A stretch of DNA of 64,000 nucleotides, from positions 11,718,001-11,782,000 of the forward strand of contig NC_043007.1 in assembly GCF_006345805.1 (NCBI RefSeq), given 5' to 3'. The notes beneath the pieces are model-generated. The model was not told the DNA's origin, made no database searches, and was given only the letters and a program-made list of their open reading frames with translations. Shown in pieces: positions 1 through 10,695 of the stretch. Origin of the DNA: Octopus sinensis. Its lineage: Eukaryota. Position numbers and translations under genes: made by a program. Each line of letters opens with the position of its first letter. Positions within the stretch are counted from its first letter, which is position 1.

Positions 1-265
1 TTATGTTGTACATTAGTTCACTTCCTCCACCAGTTGTCAAATAGTGGGGCAACAAACACACACACACACATATATATATGTATATTTGTATATATATATC
101 ACAGGTTTCCATATACCTACTCACAAGGCATTGGTTGACCCAAGTCTATGATAGAAAATACTTGCCTGACTATGATAGAACACTTGCCTAGGTGCCAAAC
201 AGTGGGACTGAACCCAAAAACCACATGGTTGTAAAGTGAGCTTCTTAACCACACAACCATGTCTT
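1..265 (-). mobile_element. Degenerate tRNA-derived SINE (family A of this window), partial
   Basis: Reverse-strand family A head and body (cacttgcctaggtgcc..cagtgggactgaaccc..accacatggttg..ttaaccacacaaccatg) plus CA/TA tract; runs off the window start. Confidence 0.75.
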
Positions 266-535
266 TTTAAAGTTGAATAATTAAAGCTTTTAGATTTGAA
301 GTTATTTAAAGCAATTCATTCTAATTTCTATAACTGTTCAGTTGTGTGTGTGTGATTATTAATGTTCTGATTTCTGCTTTCTTCATGATGGTTTTTCTAA
401 ATCTCCCATGTGACTGAGGACTGCTCTTCTTGAGCCTTTATAAAATTTTGTCTGTGGTGTCTAACTGCACCCTTTGCTAACAAGTCTTTCATCCTCCCTT
501 CCACCTTCTGTTTATTTACCCACTAAAGCTTACGT

Positions 536-787
536 GGTGGAGGCACGTGGCTTAGTGGTTAAGGTGTCAGCATCATGATCGTAAGATTGCGGTTTCGATT
601 CCTGGACCGGGCGACGCGTTGTGTTCTTGAGCAAAACACTTCATTTCACGTTGCTCCAGTCCACTCAGCTGGCAAAAATGAGTAACGCTGCAATGGACTG
701 GCATCCCGTCCAGCTAGAGAACACATACGCCATAGAAACTGGGTCCATGAACCTGGCTAAGCTTTAAAAGGGTGCATTTATTTTTAG
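536..787 (+). mobile_element. tRNA-derived SINE (family B), full length with TSD
   Basis: Pol III A box (tggcttagtggttaagg) and B box (ggtttcgattcc), body gcaatggactggcatcccgtccag, (TTTA) tail; 9-bp target-site duplication AGCTTACGT at 527-535 and 788-796. Confidence 0.9.
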
Positions 788-1333
788 AGCTTACGTTACC
801 CTTGATGAGACATCCATTGTGACTGTGAAATCACAGTCTCTGAGCAAGGCATATAACTCTGTTTCATCAGTTTGACTGGCTGACACAGATTTCATTTCTT
901 CTTTGTAGGTTGAGTGCTTAGCAGCAGGAAGTGTCATATATAACTCTAAAGATAATTATTCTCGCAATAATTGATAAAATGTATATGAGATAGCCAATAG
1001 TTTGTATACATGATTATATATTCACACAGTTGCATCCTGCTAATTGCTATGATTTAAAACACCTCTTTCCCCAATATATATATCCCTGTTTAATGCAAAT
1101 ATTATTAATTGAAATATATCAAAATGATAATTACTATTTAACCCCAGGTCAGCTTTGAACAAGCAGACTTGTGATTAGGCATTCCAATCTTGATCATCCT
1201 GTTGTTTTCCCCACCCTACCCCAGTCATAGTATTACTATATTATCTGTGTCCATTTTTTTTTTAAATATATACCAAGAAGTGTTTTGAATGAGATTTGGC
1301 TGTTATTTCTAAGTTGTTGATCCATTAATACAC

Positions 1334-1519
1334 ATAGGCACAAGAGTGGCTGTGTGGTAAGTAGCTTGCTTACCAACCACATGATTCCAGGTTCAGTCCC
1401 ACTGCATGGCACCTTGCGCAAATGTCTTTTACTATAGACTTGGGCAGACCAAAGCCTTGTGAGTGAATTTGGTAGATGGAGACTGAAAGAAGCTCATCAT
1501 ATATATATATATATATGTA

Positions 1520-1554
<35 letters not shown>

Positions 1555-1835
1555 TTGTGTGTCTGTGTTTGTCCCCACAACATTAGTTCACTTCCTCCAC
1601 CAATTGTCAAATAGTGGGGCAACAAATACAAAGACACACACACGTATATGTATGTATTTATATATATATAAACCGATGCTGATGTGTTTACGCCACCGTA
1701 ACTTAGCAGTTCTGCAAAAGAGACCGATAAGTACTAGGCTTACAAAGAATAAGTCCTGGGGGCAATTTGCTCGACTAAAGGCTGTGCTCCAGCATGGCCA
1801 CAGTCAAATAACTGAAACAAGTGAAAGAGTAAAAG
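1334..1835 (+). mobile_element. SINE family A, full length, carrying a ~90-bp templated insertion
   Basis: Head ggcacaagagtggctgtgtggtaagtagcttgcttaccaaccacatg..ggttcagtccc, central (TA)n(TG)n, tail gctccagcatggccacagtcaaataactgaaacaagtgaaagagt; about 12 similar copies in the window. Confidence 0.9.
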
Positions 1836-1895
1836 GTTACTCTCATTAGCTCAAAGGACAGCTTCTGTTGTGGTTATATAACATGGTGTGATTCG

Positions 1896-1998
1896 AGGGA
1901 GATTTGGTTGCTATTTCTAACCAGAACCAGTTGAGCATTCACAAACAAGATTTCATTTAGTCAAAGGACATAAGGGAGATTTGGTTGCTATTTCTAAC
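1896..1998 (+). repeat. 26-bp exact direct repeat of a common short-repeat motif (agggagatttggttgctatttctaac)
   Basis: Identical copies at 1896-1921 and 1973-1998; related motif also near 1290, 4230(-), 29811(-), 60780(-) and 63915. Confidence 0.8.
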
Positions 1999-2557
1999 TG
2001 GTTTAGCAATCACATAGCCATTCTCTCAATTAACTCAAAGGCCAATTTCTATTGTGGTTTCGTAAGATGTTTTAGATTAGTTTTGAGAGATCCTTCACAA
2101 ATACAATTACTAATAATTAACTTGGGTACATTTCCTCTGCTGCTACGTCAACCATGCCGGTTGCATGCAATCGTTATGCTATTGGCCATTAGAATATTCC
2201 AACACGCTGATAAAGAATCTCAGCGTGAAATTGTAGCATGCTGACAGAATTATCAGCGTGAACATACAATGTTTAATTGCGCTTGAGAGTCTGATGTTTG
2301 GGTAGAATTCAATTTAAGAGAATGATTGGGAACAGGGAGCTTTTATATAATGAAGTACACTAGCTGATCATTAGTTGCTTACCTGCGTATATTTAACTCA
2401 TAAATGATCAACTGCATAGATTTTATGAAATGTTTGCACAATTTGACAAAAACATAGCTGGAAGTCTTTATTTTTATATATTTTATATTTTCTTGCCGAT
2501 ATAAAATTTTCAAAATTTATTATGTGAGAAATTAATGTCAAGGGAACAAGAAATTAT

Positions 2558-2745
2558 GTACTCTTTACTCTTTTATTTGTTTCAGTCATTTGACTGTGGC
2601 CATGCTGGAGCAAATGAACCCCAGTTCCGATTTTTAGGTCTGGCACTTATTCTATCAATAACTTTTGCTGAAGCACTAAGTTACTGAGATGTAAACAAAC
2701 TGACATTTGATGTGAAGTGGTTGAGACGGGGACACACACACACAC
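2558..2745 (-). mobile_element. SINE family A, 3' half
   Basis: tactctttactc..gtttcagtcatttgactgtggccatgctggagca is the reverse complement of the family A tail. Confidence 0.8.
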
Positions 2746-2863
2746 ACATACATACATGCATGCAGGCATACATACATACATGCATGCATGCATACATACA
2801 TACATAAATACATACATACATTCATTCTTTCATTAATTAATTAATTTATATATTTATCAATTA

Positions 2864-3320
2864 GCTGCCCAGTGAATGTTAACATAAAGCTGAAGATAAG
2901 TGAAAAAGAAAACACCTATGCTGAACTATTGAGAAATCTACAGTTACTCTATCCAGATTACAAGTTCAGGTTTATACCTGTAATTATTGGGGCACTGGGA
3001 TATGTAACACACTGCCTAAATACCAATCTTGAGAAATTAAATATTCTTAAAACCAGAAAGGAGTAAACTGATTCGAAGACTACAGATCCAATCCATCACT
3101 GGAACTGTAAAAATCTGTAAAACTTTCCAGAAGTTTATATATGAGCATGTCTAGATATGCAACTATATACATACATAAAACACACAAATCTGCACATACA
3201 TACATATAAACAAAAATACCCTGTTGTTGATGTTGAAATTCCAATGAAGGAGACTTGGATCTAGGTTAGAAACCGGTTCTTTCTCTATTAGCAAGAAATC
3301 TTGAAATAAACTGAATAATG
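2864..3320 (+). mobile_element. 3' fragment of a non-LTR retrotransposon with restriction-like endonuclease (R4/Dong-like), frameshifted
   Basis: Translation SCPVNVNIKLKISEKENTYAELLRNLQLLYPDYKFRFIPVIIGALGY then frameshift to KPERSKLIRRLQIQSITGTVKICKTFQKF, stop at 3152-3154; the P-x-D..EK..Y and PVIIGALG pattern matches the REL endonuclease C-terminus; ~165-nt 3' UTR follows. Confidence 0.8.
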
Positions 3321-3610
3321 ACATACATAGATACATACATACATACATACATATATAGATACATGCATACACACATGCATGCATGCATACACACATACAT
3401 GCATGCATGCATGCATACACACATACATGCATGCATGCATACACACATACATGCATGCACACATACATGCATGCATGCATACACACATACATGCATACAT
3501 ACACACACATACATACACACACACATACACATACATGCACACACAAATATATACATACATACATACATATACACACACATACATATGTACACACGTGCAT
3601 ACATACGTTA
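3320..3610. repeat. (ACAT)n/(ATGC)n/(CA)n compound microsatellite
   Basis: Direct reading; source of six spurious ORFs. Confidence 0.95.
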
Positions 3611-5094
3611 TAGATATTTATGAATAACGAAATCCTGGGGAAAATATCTTTTGTACACTGTTATCTCTTACCTGTGTTCATGTAGCATGCCAATATATAG
3701 TTCACAACCAGTACACAAAAGAAATTAATGTACATGCAAGAAATTTTTGAGTCTACAAAAGCTTAGTTGTTTAAAATAATGTAGTATTTAATATTAATAC
3801 CTATCATACATTCAGTGCACACATTCTTTCGTCACAGGAAATAGAAAATGTAACAGCACATTAGATTTTTGCACACACTGTCTGCTACTAATTAGAGAGA
3901 ACATTGTTCTTGCTTATGATACACAATGACATTTTTTTTAGTATCGTGCTTACTATTATATTTAGTGTTATGTTGTATGATAAAAAAGGAAGTGTTTAGT
4001 CAGGTTTATTATAATTGCTGTATAAATTACATTGGAGAAGTTCGTAAATAAGTACTAGGTTTTAAAAAAAGGTTCTGAAGTCGATTCATTCCACCAAAAT
4101 TCTTCTGGATGGTACCTCATCATGACCACAGTCTAATAACTGAGATAAGTAAAAGAATTTGGCATGCCACACAGAGAGTCTCACAAACTGCAGGTTGCCT
4201 ATGACTGTATTAAAGGTTAATTTACTTACTAGAAATAACAGCCAAATCTCTATAAAATCACACCATAGTTTCTGGGGGGGAAAAAAAAAATTCTGGAGAA
4301 TAAAGTCCTGTATGTAGAAAAAGCGAAATGGTCATACCGGAATATCTTTGATCATTAGTTTGTTTGATGAGAGCAGACCTGAGGCAAAACAGTCACAACA
4401 TCAACCAAGTATTTGGGAGAGGGGGGGTGGAAATTGTCTAATTTGGTTCTCGACTATACGGAAGGAATAATACTACAAGAAAATTTTTTTCTTTTGCCTC
4501 CATGCCTTGTTTTGCTACAATTACAAGCAGGAATCTACAAATTTAGATTCTTATTAGCTTTATTGACTTATTGGTTGCATGCTCATGCTTTCATTTGCAA
4601 TTGAAGAACAAGGAATGAACTAAGCCCTCAGCTATTAACTTCCAACAATAAACTACTATAAAGAGATCCTGTTATTAAGATTTTACAACAGTTACAGCTC
4701 AATGTTTGTATTAGCTTTTGATCACTGTAATCTCTCTTCCTCCCCCCTCTCTCTATCTCTCTTTCTCTCCTATTTAGGTATACTTCATGTTTATTTATTC
4801 CTCTGCCTGTGATTTAAGTTTACAAACTTTTACAACTTTTATACCAAGTACAAATGCTTAATTGCCATGGTTACAATCATGTCATAACAGCTTCAAACAG
4901 TAATAAAATTGCCAAAGTATTTATTTAGCATAATTATTATTATTATTATTATTATTGTTGTTATTATTATTGTTATTATAGATTACTTACACAAACACAA
5001 GATCCCAGATTTATTGGTGGGAGAGATAAAGGGGATTTTGTGATGTTAATGCTTCTCCTAAATAGGATTAGCTACATATGAGTCATATGGTTAT

Positions 5095-5272
5095 CTTTTA
5101 TGTTTTACTTATTTCGGTCATGCTGGGGCACCACCTTGAAGGGTTTTCATCAGACAAATCTACCCCAGTACTTATGTTTTTAAGTCTGCTATGTCTTCTG
5201 TTGATCGCATTTGGGGACATAAATAAACCAACACCGGTTGTCAACCAGCAGGAGGGGACAAACATAGACACA

Positions 5273-5316
<44 letters not shown>

Positions 5317-5399
5317 CATACAAAAGTGGCTTCCATGCAGCTTTTGTCTACCAAATTCACTCACATGGCATTGGTCAACCTGGGGCTATAGTAGAATAG
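5095..5399 (-). mobile_element. SINE family A-like, head truncated by mariner insertion
   Basis: Tail cagtcatgctggggcaccaccttgaagg.., (CA)n, gtctaccaaattcactcac..ctatagtagaa abutting the mariner TIR. Confidence 0.8.
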
Positions 5400-5401
5400 T
5401 A

Positions 5402-5975
5402 TTAGGTTGGCCACTAAGTTCCCGCCGTTTTTTTTAAATTTAAATCTTTTAAAAAGTTTAATAAAAAATAACTAATTAATAATGTATTCACCCTTGTTGT
5501 TTACAACTTTTTCCCAACGTTCAACAAGATTTTCAATACCTTGCTGGTAGAAATCACCTGATTTCGACTCAAAAAATTGATCCAACCAAACTCTCAATTC
5601 TGCATCAGTTCTGAATGAAACTTTGTGCATAACATTTGAAAGAGATTGAAGGAGTGGAAATCCATTGGTGCCAAATCAGGAAAGTACGGCGGGTGTGGCA
5701 GCACTTCCCAGCCATGCATTTGAATGGCTTCCATGGTCATATTGGTGATATGAGGGCGAGCGTTGTCGTGCAGCAGAAGAACTCCATGCTGCCAATTAGA
5801 TCTTTTCTCGTGAATGGCCGTGTTGAGTCGTTCCATCTGTTGAACATAGAGTTCTGCATTGACCGTTTGGTTCCATTCAAGCAATTCATAATGGATAATC
5901 CCTTCCCAGTTCCACCATACGCACAACATCGTTTTATGCGGATGAAGAACTTGTTTCACGTGCGGTGTTGCTTGT
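5402..5975 (-). mobile_element. Mariner (DD34D) transposon remnant: 3' half of transposase plus one TIR
   Basis: TA then TTAGGTTGGCC..TIR at 5400-5430; minus-strand KTMLCVWWNWEGIIHYELL..LLHDNARPH..GWEVLPHPPYFPDLAPMDFH, frameshift, then ..FYQQGIENLVERWEKVVNNKGEYII; 5' half missing. Confidence 0.92.
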
Positions 5976-6494
5976 TTACCAGTGCTAAGGCATATAATTA
6001 CCAGAAGAAAGGACTGGAGCTCTGATTTCTTAATTGTGCTTGTGGTGGCATTCACCAGGAGTGGGTTGAGCCAGCTCTGACCAACATGTTCACCATGTCC
6101 CTCTTGAATGCTGACCACTTCCAATGATCAGCTGCAGTCAAGGTTGAAAATGATACCCACTCCCATTTCAACTGCAAAATTCCATGGATGCAGAGGTCTA
6201 TATCTGCTTGTAATTCCATCATCCTCATCTTCAGTTGCCACCCCCCCCCCAGCTCGTTTGTGCCAGCCTAGGAAGAGAGCTTAATTAAAATGCCATGAGT
6301 TCACCTCATAGTCAGTGTGATATGTTGTAAAATGAGGGACTTCACTAAATTTGCTTCTGTTTGCCTTGTTGTTGGTTTAATTTATCTCTGCCACTTTATA
6401 TATAAAGAGCAGGCTGTGATGTGCAAACAAGTATGGCTTAGTAACATGTACCATGCTTTCTCTAATTGTTTTAGATGCTGGTGTCACATAGGAG

Positions 6495-6690
6495 TGCTTG
6501 TACCAGTGCCATATTAAAAGCACCCAGCACACACTGTAAAGAGTTTACAGTTAGGAAACCAATCCAAATCAGCCTGGAGCCTGGTGTAGCTTTCCGGCTT
6601 GCCAGCTCAGATCAAACTATCCATCTCATGCCAACATAGAAAACAGACATTAAAGGGTTATGATGATGACAACAACAACAATGATGATGA
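6495..6690 (+). mobile_element. Degenerate RTE-tail-type element with (GAT)n end
   Basis: gtgccatattaaaagcaccc..ggagcctggtgtagc..catgccaacatagaaaacagacattaaa..gatgatga; diverged version of the copies at 24984 and 35445. Confidence 0.7.
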
Positions 6691-6732
6691 TATATATATA
6701 CATGTGTGTGTGTGTATATATATATATGTATA

Positions 6733-6775
<43 letters not shown>

Positions 6776-7395
6776 AGGATGTTTTTCAGTTCCATAATAA
6801 CTAGCCAATGGTTGATTATACAACATTTAGCCATTTGATTTTTGATTTCAGCAACATTCATCCATTGGTGCTTGCTTCTTTACTCAACCCTCACACACAC
6901 ACTCACCCACCCTCTGAGCTATTTAGAATCGTTTTCCGAGATGCTTTCCTTTGTTCTGACACGGACCAGATTTATAAATATGAAAAAAAAAAAGAAAAGA
7001 AAAAAAAACCTGGAAGATGAAACAGAAAAGTTAGAGGTTGTTGGTAACAACTGGTTGTTTCCAGCTTTTCAAATCCTCATTCATTTATACAATTTAAACT
7101 TGGGATTGAGTTTGCATTTTTGTTTTTGTTTTCCAAACTATTCCTTGATCTCTCTCTCTCTAATTACTTGTGTCTTTTACAGAAGAATCAACATTACTCT
7201 ATAGTGATCCTAAATGAGCAGTATTATTACTATTACTACTACTATTATTATTATTATTACTAATATTATTATTATTATTATCACTCCTAAATGTAATATA
7301 TTAATCACACCAGAAATTAAAAGAAAAAGAACACTCACACACAAACACCCAAACAAACTGTCATTTGCGTTTCTGTACTTTATTTCTTTTATTTA

Positions 7396-7433
<38 letters not shown>

Positions 7434-8147
7434 GGCATTTAAAAAATATTTTTTTACTTCCTTGGTTTTATCAAATCACTGCTGTAAATCAACAAGAAAT
7501 AAAACCGAAATTTCAGTTGACAAACTATTCAAATTATCATTCTCTTTCATTCTTCCTTTCCGTCTTTTTTTATTTATTTCTGTCTCTCGTCTTGTCATTA
7601 CCCCTATGTGTGTGTGTGTGTGTTTTGATTTTGCATTTTTTTTTGGGGGGGGGGTGTTCTTCTTTTTTTATTTTCTAATATTTGTTCTTAACTGATGTAG
7701 CGAGTGAGCTATCTGGGCGATATTTTTGTCTCTTCCATAGAAACTGTTGTTGGTAAAACATTCTCACTTGATCTGTTTGATCAGCAAATCTGTCCTTTGA
7801 TACACACACACACACATCCATATACACACGCGCACACACACACACATGCACACAGACTTAGATGTCCTGTTCTACTATTTTATTTATCATTACTCAGCTT
7901 CATGTTCTGGTCTGTACACAAGCTCACCCCTCTCTCTCTCTCCCCTCTTCCTCCTCTCTCTCCCTCTCTCTCATACTCGCACATACACACACATACATGA
8001 AGTTTCGGCATAAATACAGACCACCAGATTAGATTTACAGCGAAGACGAAAATAAAGCAAAAGTACTTTGTAGCCAAACACACACACACATACACATATG
8101 CACACACACTCCTTCTGTCTCTGTCTCACATACACATACACACACAA

Positions 8148-8377
8148 CTACAGTGATGCTTAACTTTGAATATGTCTTGTTAAATATTCACACACACACT
8201 CACACACAAACACACTCACACACAAACACACACAAAAACACACCACACACACATAAACAGAAACACACACACACACACACATACACAAACATACATACAC
8301 AGCTACAGTGACGCTTAAGTTTGACTATGTCTTGTTAAATATTCACACACACTAACAAACACAAACACACATACACA

Positions 8378-8419
<42 letters not shown>

Positions 8420-8500
8420 AACACACACACAAACACACACACACAAACACACAGAGCTACAGTGATGCTTAAGTCTGAATATGTCTTGTTAAATATTCAC
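8148..8500. repeat. Three 44-bp direct repeats separated by ~110-bp CA-rich spacers
   Basis: ctacagtgatgcttaa(c/g)tttgaatatgtcttgttaaatattcac at 8148-8191, 8303-8346 and 8457-8500; 2-3 mismatches pairwise. Confidence 0.92.
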
Positions 8501-8578
8501 TTTGGTGGCTTGGCTTTGTATGTGTGTGTGTGTGTGTTTACCAGCTTCTGTGTTCATGTATGTGTGTGTATGCGCGCG

Positions 8579-8619
<41 letters not shown>

Positions 8620-8829
8620 CCAGCTTACGTGTGTGTGTGTGTGTTTTTTCTGAATCTTCATTTGGTGTTTCTGTTTGTGTTGTTGAAATTATTGCTTTGA
8701 ACTTCTCATTCGCTCTTGCTCGTCGCCCCCATCCCTTTCTCCTCTTCTCCGGCTTATTTCTGCATCCCCCGTCATCTATCTACCACTCTTCTCCTCCGCC
8801 AGATCTGGGCATAACTCAAAATGATCAGT

Positions 8830-8877
8830 ATATATATACATACATACATTCATATGCATATATATCTATGCATACAT

Positions 8878-8928
<51 letters not shown>

Positions 8929-9000
8929 ATACATACATACATATATATATATATTATATATATATATATTATATATATATATATATACACACATACATAC

Positions 9001-9032
<32 letters not shown>

Positions 9033-9169
9033 CACACATACATACATATATATATATAATATATATATATATTATATATATACACACATACATACATATA
9101 TACGTACATATATATCTATACATACATACATTATATATATATATATATATATAATATATATATATACAC

Positions 9170-9223
<54 letters not shown>

Positions 9224-9575
9224 CACACATACATACATATATACGTACATATATATCTATACATACATACATATAATATATCCCTCTTATATTTATATAT
9301 ATATATATATTTGCATACATACATGCATATACACACATACATACATATATATATATAATATATATATATATACACACATACATACATATATACGTACATA
9401 TATATCTATACATACATACATATATATATATCCCTCTTATATTTATATATATATATATATATTTGCATACATACATGCATATACACACACTCATATTAAG
9501 TTTTATGTATTCTGCTTGTTCCACCATATATATATATATATATATCATAAATAGATTTATATAGACATATATATT

Positions 9576-9617
<42 letters not shown>

Positions 9618-9793
9618 TATATATATATATATATATGGAGACATGCATATCTATACATGAATACATACCCATGTGCATACATATTCATACATACTCACAG
9701 ATGCATATATATGTTTGTATATATAGATGTATGTGTATCCCTATATATGCATGTGTATGTGTGAGTGTATGTGAGTGTTTTTGTGTGTATATA

Positions 9794-9824
<31 letters not shown>

Positions 9825-9830
9825 ATTATT
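8830..9830. repeat. (TA)n/(CATA)n/(TG)n microsatellite field with ~141-150-bp higher-order duplications
   Basis: Landmark tccctcttat at 9281 and 9431; landmark tacgtacatatatatctatac at 9101, 9242 and 9391. Confidence 0.9.
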
Positions 9831-10379
9831 TTTAATCACCAGAAAGTTGCAAAAGTGGCTTCATGCACGAAACACTCCGCCCTTGAGTCACTTTCGTAAC
9901 TTTCTGCTGAAAAAAGATAAAATAAATATATGTATTTGTGTGTAGATGTATGTTTGTTTATAGGTGAGTGTGTTTGGATGTGTGTGCTGTGCTTGTATGA
10001 ATGCATGTGTATGCATGCATTTCCATTTGCCAAAAATAAAAAAATAAAAATGGCACAAATGCATAAATATAAACGAAAGAAAAAAAAAACCTTACAGAAA
10101 AAAAAAATAGTACCCCAGTACATATTGTTTATTCATTTAAGCGAAGCTAATGTTTCCTTCTGTTGCTAGACAGTGCTGTGAAATACACAAACATGAAATA
10201 AGAGTGGCGATGATGAGAAGCCCTGGCCACAAACATACATACAAACATGCATGCATACGCAAGTACCTTATATACATACACACATACACACACACTCACA
10301 CATATATCGCTCACACTCACTTGTTGCTATAAATCACTTTTTTTTTTAATATATGTGTGTTTTATTTTCTGAATTTAAT

Positions 10380-10397
10380 TATTTATTTTTGATTTTT

Positions 10398-10431
<34 letters not shown>

Positions 10432-10695
10432 GTTGTGTTGTTGTTGTGTTGTTGTTGTTGTTGTTGTTGTTGGTGTGTTGTGTTGTTGTGTGTGTTGTTG
10501 TTGTTGTTGTTGTTGTTGTTATTTTATTATTATATTATTATTATTATTGTTATTATTATTATTGTTATTATTTATTATGTATATTATTATTATTGTTATT
10601 ATTATTATTTTCATTATTATTATTGTTATTATTATTATTAATATTATTATTATTATTATTATTGTTATTGTTATTATTATTATTATTATTATTAC
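10380..10695. repeat. (TTG)n grading into (TTA)n trinucleotide tract
   Basis: Direct reading. Confidence 0.95.

Noticed and set aside
536-610. SINE heads as tRNA genes (also 12768, 34374, 50690-50757)
   Set aside because: A and B boxes are present but there is no complete cloverleaf; each continues into a SINE body and tail, several with TSDs.
5594-6124. 176-aa ORF as a functional mariner transposase
   Set aside because: Chimeric N-terminus, no DNA-binding domain or first catalytic D, frameshift after the third motif, only one TIR.
8148-8500. CRISPR array interpretation of the 44-bp repeats
   Set aside because: Only three repeats, ~110-bp spacers made of CA microsatellite, eukaryotic context, no cas genes.
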